Notes: generated from the letters alone by a model not told the origin. 64,000 nt of DNA from Camelus ferus (GCF_009834535.1 NC_045697.1:48796001-48860000), one strand, 5' to 3'. Counted from the first letter of the stretch, positions 1-12,180 are shown. Made by a program: numbers and translations.

Positions 1-25
1 CAGCTCTTTTGAGCTCTCCTTTTCT

Positions 26-153
26 TTTTTTTCTTTCTTTTTTTTTTTTTTTGGTGGCAGATAGTTTCAATTTTCATTTCAGTCTTTCCCTACTCCATGA
101 AACATTTGCCCTAAATATGCAGCAAAATGGACTGATTCTCTTTTGTCTCTTGA
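26..153 (-). mobile_element. Candidate short retroposed non-TE insert (orphan transduction or retrocopy)
   Basis: T-rich tract at 25-52. Flanking near-direct repeats TTGAGCTCTCCTTTTCT (9-25) and TTGAGATCTCCCTTTCT (154-170) match at 15/17. AATGAA on the minus strand (73-78) lies ~20 nt before the tail. Confidence 0.4.
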
Positions 154-189
154 TTGAGATCTCCCTTTCTCTCTTACAGTTTGGCTTAA

Positions 190-420
190 ATGGCTTCAGT
201 GGTTTCCCACTGCTGAAAGTTTAAATTTCAAACACCTTCATCTGTCCCTTCATACACTGTCTTCATCCTCCCTTTCAGATATGTGACACAGTATTTCAAA
301 CACAAACTGTCTGCTTCAGCCACACTGTTCCCCGAAAACCAGAAGAGCACCCCTGAGTCTGAGCCTTTGCCTCAGGTGACTGCTCACCCCTCACTCTTAA
401 TCCCCTCCTCTCAAGATCGC
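190..420 (+). mobile_element. Degraded L2 LINE fragment
   Basis: L2-like motifs, e.g. CTTCAGCCACACTG...CCCTGAGTCTGAGCCTTTGC...CTCAAGATCGCAGTC. Confidence 0.45.
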
Positions 421-589
421 AGTCAGTAATACTGTACTCAGGAGAGCTGTCTGACCATCCAACCCACAGTTACCTCTATTCTGGATCCTAGAGCATCTGA
501 CATCCTGGTCCAAGCTCTCATTTGAAGCTCAATTATAGTCACTGAGGTGGGTATCAGTACCCACCCATATACTGAAGTGGGTATCATAT

Positions 590-790
590 GTAAATTCAAC
601 AAGCATTTATTGATCAGGCTTTGCGAATTCAGAGATGAAGCACACGAAGCCCCTATCCTCGCTGAGCCCACGTTCTACTAGAGAAGAGAGAAAGTAAACA
701 AATGATTGCTTGGCCATGGCTGGCCATGTGCTTTGTCAGATGAACACACCAGGTACAGTGGTGGCCCAAAGACAGAAACAAAAGAATGAA
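590..790 (-). mobile_element. L2 3' end fragment
   Basis: ATTCAACAAGCATTTATTGA...CCCTATCCTCGCTGAGCCCACGTTCTA resembles the reverse complement of the L2 3' terminus. Confidence 0.55.
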
Positions 791-3700
791 TCAAGGTTAA
801 TGGCTTGAAGTCTGTGGTTTATCTTTCTCCCCACCAAATTTGCCCTCCTTCTGGCTGATCAAAAACACAGAGCTGGATCTGAACTATTTTAAGATCAGGT
901 CCTACTTAAGGTCTTGCAACGACAGGCTCTGACCGGTTTCCCCTATCTGGCACCAGCCTCTCCCTGGAGTATATTTCCACCTTCTCTTCTACTTAGTTCA
1001 CCTCTATCTGCCTATTTATTTGTTTAAAATGTGAACCACCTGGTCAGGTACAGTAATCTAATTCTGCATTTGGTCTGAAGCCAATGCATTGAGGGCATTC
1101 AATAAATAATGGTGCCTGGTGTGGCTTTCCTAGATCCTGGCTGCAGAGGCCTGAGAGGTGAAGCTGAGACCCCAGAAGGCAAGCCCAAGAGACAGTGGAT
1201 GAAGAGTGGTGGAGCTCTGGAGACCCGGAGGCAAATTTGCTCAGATTGCCTGACGCAGAGATTATACACCTGTTGGGCTTGCTGCAGTGAAACCTACAAC
1301 ATGCAAATACTACTCCACTGAGTCGATGAGGGTGTGACTGTCTTCCTGCGACGATTTTCCCAGGCTCAGTCTGGGTAAAAGTACATAAAGGCTTCCTCCT
1401 TGTGAGCACACAGGCCTGTGTTTACTTGCCTTCATTAAGTAAATTCTCCTTCCTGTGAGTGGGTGGTTCTGGGAGGGGTGAGGCGGGAGTCTCTGCTGGA
1501 GTATAGGGGCGGTCCCAAGGGATGAAGAGCAGGGAGAAGACAGGAAGTCCTTAAAATAAGGTTTCTTGGACAACATGTGTCCACTTATCCATCAATCCAT
1601 CCATTCATCTTATTGATCTACCCCAGGATAGGCAGAGAGGCTACAAAGATGAATATCATCAGACCTGACTCATGGGAGATACTCAATAAATAACTGTGGA
1701 ATTAGTGATTTAAGTGTGTGCAGTGGTTTTACTTTGATTACCATTTCCGACTGGAAAACATTCTGTACTTTCTGTATGACAGATGCTGTCTAGCATATTT
1801 CAGCCCACAGTGAACAGAGGTATCATGGTCTGCATAAAATTGACCTTCCAGAATGTTCCCTACATTCTTGAACTTAGAGCCCAAGTTGGCTCATTTTTAA
1901 CCTTGTTCTCTGCAGTGCTCCCCCAATCTCCATTTATGAATCCACTGTTTGACCCCCTGTTTGGTTTCTCTTGGCTTCTGAATGAGAATTCAAATAGAGA
2001 TTGCTCTCAGGACACACTGGCAGTTTCAACTTAGCCTCTAGCCCTCTCTTCTAAGCTCCGTTGTCTCAGACAGCAAGGGGCTGGAGAGAAGTCAGGGGGT
2101 TGGCTCCCAATTCTAGCTACATCACCTGGCTTGGGGGCAATTTGGCTGATTCAGCTGCATCTCCCATTCTCGGGCAGCAGAATGGCGATGATGCCAACTG
2201 GCCCAGAGATCGAGCAAGGGCTGGTGAGCTCATGGCTGGAAGGGATGATGTATCTAAGAACAAAGCAATATCATGAGGTGAAATTTTGATTTTATGGTCC
2301 ATCAATACCAGGCCTCATACTGTTTCTGGCTTTCCTGCTTCTGTGATTTTGGCACATTACTTCTAAGGAAGAGGTCTGGATAACGAGCATGACTTGTCTT
2401 CTCAAGCACAGACTCCCATAAATAGAATGGACTTGGCACAAATCAGAACACCCGGGTGGAGCTGGCTGCTAATCAAACACTGCCAGCAGGTGAGCATGAA
2501 GAGCACCTGGTTTGGAGAAGCACTTCTGATGCAGGAGAGCATTTTCTAAAGTGTCACTCAAAGCTGGATGCAATTAAAATTCAAGTTTGCAAAGAACTGA
2601 TGTTACAAAATGAGAAGCTGATCTTTATGCTTAAAGATGCAGAAATTCCACAGATTACAGCTACTAAAAACAAAGAAACCACACACACATACACAAAGAC
2701 ACTGATGAATTATTTTTTCCCCCTACAGAGTATACAAAACAAATTCTGTGCGCATGAACTGTGGAAGCCCCTCTAGCAGAAAACTTCCCTTTAGATCTGC
2801 TTATAATAGTTTGGCAGCTGACAAATATGTTAGCAATGTACACAAAAAAGCAGCTAAAATCCAAAACAAACACTACTCCTATAAGTGGAATAAAAAATGG
2901 CAAAATCAATGTCCAGTAAAATATGAATAACCATAATTCTTCTTATATTGTAATGTTCAAACATAAGAATAAACAAGCAGCTGTTATTTCTATTTAAAAA
3001 AAAAAAGAAAATTTGCCAGAAATAGGATTCTCTGAGAGAAAAGGCCATCTAACATAATATCAGAGCCAAAGTCGATGGAAGATGCATTCAATACCCATGT
3101 CGTTTGTGCGTGCCAAGCACACTTTCGATTTACCTAATGGAGGAAGTAAGAGTATCGAATGCTGGATTACTGCCTCCACCTTTACCACTTCTCCCCAGGA
3201 GCCCTCAAGCAGAAATATCGGCTAATAGGAAGCACAGGCCAAGGCTGCCCTCACTTACGGGTTTTGCTGCCTTCTTGAGTTTTGGGTCCTGAGTCTGGGG
3301 AACATCAGAGCCAGGCAGCCGCCCTTGCTTAGCACCATATCCAAAACAGGTCAGCCACAAGATAGGTACAGGAGGGGAGGACAGCCCAGAGGGAAGAGGA
3401 AGAGGCTCTTACTCATCATCCACTCAGAGCTGGCACTGGTTATAAAAACAACAGAACTCCCGCGTGCAGAAGCACCTCCCCGCCACCTTGCCGCATCACC
3501 CATTTGCAGTAATAGGCTCTGCTCTGGGCGTGAGAGGGAAGAGAGCTGGGCGAGGGGAAGTGGCCAGCGGGCAGGAAGCAAACAAGACCCCAGGTACTTT
3601 CAGAAACATTCATTTTGTGGAGGTGGGGAGTGGGGTTGGTGTTTCCAGGGGCTCTTCAACAAAATACACCTCCCTCAAGAGTAGGGACCATGGAGTTTAC

Positions 3701-6700
3701 ACATGGATTTATTAGGTACTCAGTAAATGGCCACGGGCTTCTGTTTAGAATGTCTCCCTATAACCAGAACCTCCTGCCAAAGGCGTGAGAAGTTCTTTGA
3801 GACCCAAGTTAAGGGAGTTTCTGAGACCCCCTCCAAGATCTGGCTTCTGGCTGCTTCAACAGTCCCGCCTTAAAAATGTGTGTGTGTGGGAGGGGGGGCA
3901 GGGGGTGCTGATTCTCCCTCTCTTCCCCCAAAGCCCCTTTTTAGTTTCTACAGAGTGCAAGGGCTCTGAGGTCATTGGAGTTCTGGGTTGGCCTGTGTCA
4001 CTCATGAGCTAATGCCCCTCCCTCCCCAAGAGGTTAGGTCACTTTTCGGGTTAACGAAACCTGTAGAGTCTTCGGAAGCAGTAACCACACCACTTCTCTT
4101 GATCTGATCCTGGAGGCCCACTCCTAGGGTCAGACTGCAGGGGAAGATTTGAAGGGGCCATTCCATCACTATCTTTTTGAATTTGCTTTAAAAACAAAAA
4201 CAGCTGTATCACCTTATTCCTCAAGGTAATTTTAAAGCTTCGCAGAAGAAGACTCAGAAGAGGAGAAGGGATGGTCTTCACAGATGATTCATGCTATTTG
4301 AAGTGTTGGACCCACCTGGCTGGACCTACTGCGTGCGCAAACAATAAACCTGTAACTAGGTTCTCTGAAAGGAGATTTTGACTATATATATTTTTTATTT
4401 CTTTAACTTAACATTTATGCCCAGGGGATAAAGGCAACCCATGAACTGAAAATATCCTGTAACCAATCAACTGACCAACCTCTCTTTCTAGGCGTAAATA
4501 TAAACATACAATATCAGACAATTAATTTCTGAAGTTTCAATATGATCAGTGCTATTAAAAAAATTAGGATGGATCAAAGTAGAGGTTGAAGTCTCTTGTT
4601 GACTCACCTAGCAGGCTTGGCAAAAGCTTTCTTTGACGTTCCCAAGACAACCTCTTAGGCATCTAGCTCCCGGTCATTCCACCCAACCTCCAATTCCAGG
4701 GTGGGTGGGTGGTATCACTGAGTTCCCCTGGGCTATCTAGATGCCACTCATTGCAGAGATTCAGTCATTAAATCCTGCCAGACCTGACCTGGAGACCTGG
4801 GAGGGGAAATGCATTACAGAAGAGGTGCTGAACTCAGAACCTGGCATACTCCTTTCAAGTCCTCAGCTTTGACTCAGGATCCCTAGGTCTCGTAACAAGG
4901 GTGTTTCCTCAACTGCAAAGGATTGAAAGAGTTTCATCTCACTTCTGACCGAGGATGTTCCCACCACCTCTAAAGCCTGGAATCAACCTTAAAAGACATA
5001 GATTTGTCATCGGGGGCAGAATTTTCCACCTTCATAGTTTGTTTCTCATTTAGCAAGTCTCTCATTGGCCAAAGGGGACAGTGACTGTGAGGCTGACATC
5101 AGCTCCTAAAGCCCCTGAGCATCTATCTTTGCAAAATAACATCACCCTCTGTAGAGGCTACAAGAAGAAAAGAAACATTGAATTTCACACAAGAAAAAGA
5201 AAAAAGGAGCCTGATTTACTCAGACTAGTCTCTTTTTTGAAACTTTTCCGTTCCCTAAACATAATGATTTTTCTGTTGTACGCTATTTTTGCTACCAAGG
5301 TTCCATTCCTGATTATATTACGAGGTCAAGCCCTCAATCCTTATGTTTTCATTAGACCTAGAAAAATAATGCATAACAGAGGAGCTTCCTCTAGTGCATG
5401 TGCAAGTGTTTGGGTTCGACCCCTCCAGACCCATCTTTTCATGACATAGGATGCTCATGCAGAAAAGCACTGTAATATTTTCTTTCTTTTGAAAACTACC
5501 GGTTACTTAAAGAAAATTGCATATTTTATGGAATTATCTCTTCTCCCATCCAGGAGTGGATTCAAAGACTATAATTCTTGGGAAATTATAGGCAAATGGG
5601 ATTGCTAGGCACATTAGGAAAAGTGACTTTAAATTGGCAGTAATTTCAGGAATGAAGTAAAAGCCTGCTTCTGAGTCTCTACTTGCACCTTATGAGAAAA
5701 AAGCTACAAGGGATGTCCATTAAATCACTATCAGCTTGTTTCCCCTTGGGTTCCTAATGGTTGGAGTATTTGTGAAACAGGTAGAGAGTAATGAATTCCC
5801 CTCAAAATCAAAAATACAATGTCGTACATCCTCACTTTCCTTTTGGAAAGCTTTTTGGAATTTTGGTATCTGACAGCTAGTTAATTCAATGAGTGATTCG
5901 TTGCTTTTATTATCTTTAAGACAGCCTCTCATTTTGGGTGTGGTCAGAGCGAAAAGATCAGCATTTCTGGAGGAGTAATCAGCCTTAGGAGGAGTCCTTA
6001 TCCTCTAAGTTAGAAGAGCCCAGCTGGTCACTGGAAGTGCCCTAGACTGGAATTGTTTTTGTTGTCCTAATCTGAAAAATGACAACATAGAACACAGCCA
6101 ACGGCATGTGGCATTTTATTATGGGTGATGCAGCTTTAATTGGTATGTCAAAGGCGTGCCTGTGGAATTAGTCCTTGGGATATTGGCCAATCAGAGCACT
6201 CTCAACATTTCTCAATGTTCAGTTTCATCTTATAATTAAGTAACAATGATCACTTCCTGGCAGCTAATGACTGGCTGGAGGAGTTAGAAGACTCATTATG
6301 TTTAAATTTATCAAATTTTAAGCTCTTCAGCTGCAGGGTTGCAAAAGAGAAAGCATCCTAAAATTCCAAAGATTAAAGACAATCTCCAACCATATTTCAC
6401 ATGTGTGAGCATTAACTTGCTCTTCAAAGGCTGACTTCGTTATTTTCTGAGTTTTTAAAAAGGCAACCACATACTGTTACATAAGCAGGAAAATGTGACT
6501 TTGATAGAAACGTGTTCAACTATGTTAATACACAAACACGCCCACACACTAAAATAGAGTTGAGAGCCCATGTTTCCTTTAAGGCTCTTTTTGTGACAGT
6601 TCCACACCCCTGACTATTAATTCCAGCAATAGCATCTTCTACATTTCTAGCCCAATGCATTACAACTTTTATGCAATTTTGTACCAGCACTGGTCATCAA

Positions 6701-6954
6701 ATGTCAATTGTTTTTCCTTCCTGGAATCTCCTTTCCACATGCCTTGAGATTAAAGGATGTTGGTTAACGAGCAGGATTCTGGAGCTCCCGGGCTGCCTGG
6801 GTTACCATCCTAAACTGCCATGTAAACATGGTTTTTGGTATTTGGGTGAGAAGAAAAGGAGTGAGATAAAATTTCAAATTTTGCTGATATACAAGCATTT
6901 CCTAACTTAAGTACAAACTGTGTTGCAAGATTTCAATTATAAATTAGTTACTTA

Positions 6955-7047
6955 GGGGTGGAGTGGGGAGTATAGCTCAGTGGTAGAGTGCGTGCTTAGC
7001 ATGCACAAGGTCCCAGGTTCAATTCCCAGTACCTCCACTGAAATAAA
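6955..7047 (+). mobile_element. tRNA-Ala-derived SINE (camelid Vic-1-like), short form
   Basis: A box TAGCTCAGTGG (6973-6983), B box GGTTCAATTCC (7016-7026), TTAGCAT loop and A-rich tail. TSD AAATTAGTTACTT (6941-6953) / AAATTAGCTACCT (7048-7060). Confidence 0.9.
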
Positions 7048-7479
7048 ATAAAATAAATTTTAAAAACAAATTAGCTACCTGGATTTTAGAGAAGGCAGTG
7101 TGACTTGATTGAAAGGGATGATGATGGCCCCTACCACAGGAGGGAAGGATTGAGGTATTACAGCTCTAGCAGCACATGAAGAGCTCCATAAATGCTGGGT
7201 TTTAATTGTTATCACCTTATGTTCTACTTGGGTTTTGCTGCAGGAAACAGACCTGAGAAACTAGTGTCAAAGAATGATTAGGAGCAATGTCGGTAAACAC
7301 CAGGGTGACTCCATGAAAGTTTAATCCCCCCAGGTAGACACAGTGGATCAAATTTCCTAGGAATGTATATTCGTTTTAATTCACCATTCTAAAACCTTCG
7401 ATTAGGAGCCTCTTCAGCAATCCCGGTTATAGTCCTACCTCATTACCGAACCCCTTGCTGCAAGGGTGATAGAAGCCAC

Positions 7480-8912
7480 ACATGTTCATAAATTGTCTGC
7501 ACTTGCCTCCATCTCATCATCACCCGTTGTCTCCTGAACCCACTGCAGTCCTTATTGCTCCTCACCCTTATTGCTCCCTGGCAACCACTCCTGTCAAAGT
7601 CCCATCATCCTCTGCTTGCCAAAGTCAGTGCTTTTTGATCGTCTCCTGGGCTCCCTGAGCAGCAGCATTCACCACAGGTGACTGTCTCCTCCTAAAGAAA
7701 CACTTTCATTTCTTGACTTCCACACCAGGCCCTTCTGGATTTTGTCTCCTTCCCCAGCTCACTGACAATGGCTCCTCAGTGGGCTTTGCCGGGTCGTCCT
7801 CCTCTCAAGGTTGATGCACCCAGGGTTTGGTCGTCCCATCTTTCCCGTATCTACAGTCCCTCTGGTGAGTGAATCAGGTCCCTTGAGCTCAAATACGGTT
7901 TAGATGTTGTTGACACTCAACTTTCTCTCCCTAGCTCGGATCTTTCCCCTGGACTCCAAACTCATTTATACAGCTCCCCGCCCAGATATCTGGTTGGTTT
8001 ATCAAACGTAAGATGTTCGAAACAGAACTCTTGCTTCTGCTATTCCCTAGCACCCTCCACCCCCACCCTCCAAACTTGCTGTTCTCCAGTTTTCCCCATC
8101 TTAACTAATGGTCCCCTTATCCCAATTGTACAGTCCAAACCCAGCACTCATCTTCATTCTTCTTGCCCTTAAACTTGTATTCAATCTGTCAGTAGGTCAG
8201 TTGACACTATCTCAGAAATCTATCTCAAATCTCATCGCCTCTGCCACCCCCTAGCTACTGTCCTAGAACAAACGACTATCACATCCTCAGGTTGGTACGA
8301 AGCTTCTTCCCCGCTCCTGCTCTTGCCCTTACATACTCTGTTCCTCAAAAAGGATTCTCAGTGTTACTTCAAAGAAATAAATTTGATAATATTGTTCCCT
8401 TGCCTGAAGTCCTGCCATGGCTTCACATTACACTGCAACTACAATTCAGTTCCTTGCTGTGGCCTGTGAGGCCCTGTGTGATGGGAACCTGGCCTACCTT
8501 GGTCATGATGCGTCAGCCATGCTGACTTCCTTTCACTCCCTTCAACATCCCAAGATTGTTCCCAACTCAAGGCCCTGCTCTTGACTTCTCCCTCTGCCTG
8601 GAATGCCCCATACCTCCGTGTGGCAGGGTCCTTATTTATGTTTCAGTTCAAAAGTCACCTGAACTTCTCTGACCCTCCTACCCAAAGTAGCCCGCCAACC
8701 TCTATCTCATGACCCTGTTTTCTTTACTTCACAGCACATATTACTATCTGCAATTATCTTCTTCATTTATTTACTTGTTTATTATCTATGTGACCCCATG
8801 AGAAAGTAAACAAGTAACTCACCTATCTTAGTTACCACTGCATCTCCCATATAGAAGGAACTGCCTGCCGTTTGTTGGGTACTCTATAAATAGCTATTGA
8901 ATGAATGAATGA
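7480..8912 (+). mobile_element. Long L2 LINE fragment including 3' end
   Basis: Pyrimidine-rich L2 body motifs (CCCTCTGCCTGGAATGCCC, TCAGTTCAAAAGTCACC) ending in ATAAATAGCTATTGAATGAATGAATGA. Confidence 0.8.
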
Positions 8913-9549
8913 TCTCTAAGTGTGATAGCAATTTGCAAATTATATATAATGACCCATTGGAACTCAACAGCCAATCCAAATAATTCACCAATAGCTAAGA
9001 AAGGGCAGGAATCAGGGGTAAATTGAAGTGGAGTAGATGTCTGACTGCAGTCCACAATCAAATAATGATTATGTTCAATTCTGTTCTTTTGGCCCTTTCC
9101 AGGCTTCTCCAGTTCATCATCAAGAATCATCAAAAGCTGATAGCACAGTAACCCACAGTCTCTTTCTTTTCCTTCCTCCTCTAGTTTCCAGACTAGATTA
9201 GATGGAAAAAAAAAAAAAAGATTCCTTCTACACCCCAGCTCCCTATAATCCAAAAACCATGCCCCGTTTTGGGTTGTCTTGTTGTTGTTTTTGGCTTTTT
9301 TCCCCCCCAAACCTGGCCTGAATAACTCAGAAGGTGCTTTCCAACTCTCCCTTGGAGAGCAGGTCGGCTGAACTTTACACTGTGGCTTCTTACAAGCAAG
9401 GATGCAGGTGCTGCTAGAGCGAACACATAGGCGAGCTCTGCTCCCTGCTTCTGCTTTAAAGGAAAGAGTTAGTGGCAGAAATGATCTTTGACTTTCCCTC
9501 TCTGCCTTTCCTGTTCTGTCTAATGAAACTGTAAGTGATCCAGATGGTG

Positions 9550-9700
9550 TAAAGAATAATACTGAGCTAGAAGGAGACGTACTCCTGGCTCTGCTGTAAC
9601 CATTTACTGTAGTTTGGGGCAAATCATTTACCTTCTCTGAGCTTCCCTTCTTTACCTGTAAAATGAGAAATTTTAGTAGATGACCTCTAGCTGTAACTGT
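9550..9700 (+). mobile_element. MIR SINE
   Basis: TTGGGGCAAATCATTTACCTTCTCTGAGCTTCCCTTCTTTACCTGTAAAATGAG resembles the MIR core. Confidence 0.7.
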
Positions 9701-10067
9701 GTACGGGGTGGAAATGTTCTGCCTCCAGTAAATACAAAACAATGAAACTAACTGATGTACCTGGCTATGATTCGTGCTGTCCTACTACAGTCAAAAGACA
9801 ACAGAAGGTGGGTCAACTTGGCCCAGAGGATTGGAAGGAGTCCTGTATCATGGCTGCAGCTTCTAGAGATGGAATTTCCAGGAATTAGTGACTTCCCATG
9901 GGGATTTTTTTTAATGGGTTTAAGACCCATAATGCACCAAAGACCCCCAACTTTCTATCCAGCCCAGTTCCCAATTCTAAACACCAGATTCATATACCCA
10001 TCTACCTAGTCAGCACCTTCACCTGAGTCAGTATGTATACTTAATTTAAAAAGTTTAAAATCTCTCC

Positions 10068-10381
10068 ATTCATCTATTGATGTGCACTTAGGATGCTTCT
10101 GTATCTGGGCAATTATAAATAATGTTGCTGTTAGTAGTGGAGTGTATGTATCTTTTTGAATTAATTCTTATTTTGTGGTTGGCTTTATTCCTTTGATAAC
10201 TATGGAAGTTTAAAAAGCTAAAGCTCTAAACGTTCTTAGAAACAATGAACAGTACATATATATAAATTTCAAAAAATATGTGCAGTATATTGTGTATATG
10301 TATTTCCATGCAATATATTATAAATGTGCAGTCAAATCATAACAATTCTACCTAATAAAATTGAAAATGCGAACAAAGAAA
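10068..10381 (+). mobile_element. TSD-flanked poly(A) insertion: inverted L1 piece plus unique 3' segment
   Basis: 20-bp direct repeat AAAAAGTTTAAAATCTCTCC at 10048-10067 and 10382-10401. Antisense L1 at ~10066-10163, AT-rich segment at 10164-~10371, AATAAA at 10354-10359, then A-rich tail. Confidence 0.8.
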
Positions 10382-11030
10382 AAAAAGTTTAAAATCTCTC
10401 CCCAAAGCCCATTCAACTTGTCATCTTCTCCATCTCGGTGGATGGCTCAAGCCTAAAACCTTTACCCCTTTCTTTCTCTTGATCCACATTTAATCTTCCA
10501 GAAGATCCTGTTTTCCAACCTGCAAAATAAATCCAGAATCCAACAGTGTCTCACCCTTCCCACTGCTGTCATCCAGGCCCCATTATCATCTTGTTCCCGG
10601 ATTACTGCCTGAGGCTCCCCATGGGAATTCCTTTTGCCCTTGCCTCCCATCCCCAGTCTTTTCACAACCAGAGCGATGCTTTTGAAACACTACTCAAGCC
10701 ATGTCAGTCCCCTGCTCAGAACCCTGCAAGGTTTCCTCCTTTCCCTCAGAACAAAAGCTGAAGTCCCTACGATGGTCTGCAAGTCCTCATGTGCTCTACT
10801 CCTCCCCACCCACCCATCACTGCTTCACCTGATCTGCTGCTATTCACCCCTCGACCCCCAACTCTGCTCCAGCCACAGTGGCCACCTTGCTGTTTTTAAA
10901 CACACCAAGCATGCTCCTGCCTTAGGGCCTTTACACAGAAAATTTTCTCTGTTCAGCATCCCCACAACTACCTCCCCTACTTTCTTCAAATATCACTTTT
11001 GCATTGAGGCCCACCCTGATCTCCCCTTTC

Positions 11031-11257
11031 ATGTATACATATATTTTTAATGAAGTATAGTCAGTTTACAATGCTGTGTCAATTTCTGGTGTACAGCATC
11101 ATGCTTCAGTCATATATGAACATACACATATTTGTTTTCATATTATTTTCACCCTAAGTTACTATGAGATATTGAATATAGTTCCCTGTGCTAAACAGTA
11201 TGAACTAGTTGTTTCTCTATTTTATATATATTAGTTAGTATCTGCAAATCTTGAACT
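11031..11257 (-). mobile_element. L1 3' end (lineage-type), 5' truncated
   Basis: TGAAGTATAGTCAGTTTACAATGCTGTGTCAATTTCTGGTGTACAGC is the reverse complement of the L1 tail seen at 35.5 and 55.3 kb. Imperfect TSD CTGATCTCC(C/TC)CTTT at 11016-11029 and 11258-11272. Confidence 0.9.
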
Positions 11258-11775
11258 CTGATCTCCTCCTTTAAAATTACAACCCACTCCCTTCCCTTCC
11301 TCCCTACCCCAGGCAATAATTTCTGATCCACTCTCTGCCCAGGCATTAATCATTTAATATTCTTTGTAATGTAGTTATGTACTGTGAGTAATATTTATTG
11401 TCTATTCTCCTGCCCTAAATATTATCTCAGTAAAGGCATGAGTTCTGGTATGCTTTGTGCCTGGCACAAATCGACACTCAGTAAATATATGCTGAGTGAA
11501 ATGAAGGAGTATCACCATGGGTTAGGAGCATCTCAATGTCTGTGCCCCTGCTGCACCACTTCCTAGAAAAGCTTGTCTAAGGTTTACTCAACACTGTCCA
11601 AATCCCCTCTTAGTTGATCCCATCCTACTATCAGGAATCTCATGAGAGCCAACCTATTCACTGAACGCCAACGGTGCATAATGACAATCATTCCCTTCTT
11701 TGATTTTAAGGCTATTTCCTCCACTAGCCATGGATTTCAGAAACAGGGAAAAACCCAGTGATCTACAATCAGTTA

Positions 11776-11865
11776 GGGGAAGGAGGGGTGAGGGTATTGC
11801 TCAGTGATAGAGAGCATGCTTATTTAGAATGCGCAAGGTCCTCGGTTCAATTCCCAGTACCTCTC

Positions 11866-11914
<49 letters not shown>

Positions 11915-11962
11915 ACAAACCCAATTACCTCCCTGCTCCAAACAAAACAAAACAAAACAAAA
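11776..11962 (+). mobile_element. tRNA-derived SINE (Vic-1-like) with internal (TAAA)n and (AAAAC)n tail
   Basis: GGGTATTGCTCAGTGATAGAG...GGTTCAATTCCCAGTACCTC, (TAAA)n at ~11870-11915, then CCCAATTACCTCCC. Approximate TSD TACAATCA(G/A)TTA on both sides. Confidence 0.9.
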
Positions 11963-12087
11963 TGTACTTACAATCAATTAATTTGCTAGTAGTGAAAAAA
12001 GTCACCAAATATTGTGCTAATATACGATCTAGGCTCCCCTCCTCCCTTCCCTTTCTCCTAACATCAACCTTAACTCAACATTTAAAA

Positions 12088-12180
12088 TTTTTATTTTTTT
12101 TTAAATTGAAGTATAGTCAATTTACAGTGCTGTGGGGTTTTTTTAATTATTGAAGTACAGATGATTTACAGTGTTGTGTC
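12088..12180 (-). mobile_element. Two tandem, extremely short L1 3' termini
   Basis: Poly-T plus TTGAAGTATAGTCAATTTACAGTGCTGTG, followed by a second T-run plus TTGAAGTACAGATGATTTACAGTGTTGTGTC. Confidence 0.75.

Larger units (their letters stand above)
9950..11505 (+). mobile_element. L2 LINE fragment interrupted by two younger insertions (10068-10381 and 11031-11257)
   Basis: L2 motifs (AAATAAATCCAGAATCC, CTCTGCTCCAGCCACAGTGGCC, GTGCCTGGCACA...CAGTAAATATATGCTGAGTGAAATG) continue on both sides of each insertion. Confidence 0.8.

Noticed and set aside
6965..7037. Possible tRNA-Ala(AGC) gene
   Set aside because: Acceptor and T stems are mispaired, it has an A-rich tail and TSD, and related copies occur in the window, so it is a SINE.
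8894..9742. Longest ORF in the track (282 aa, minus strand)
   Set aside because: It crosses a MIR, A/T runs and an L2 tail, and shows no recognisable domain or splice structure. Probably a chance ORF.
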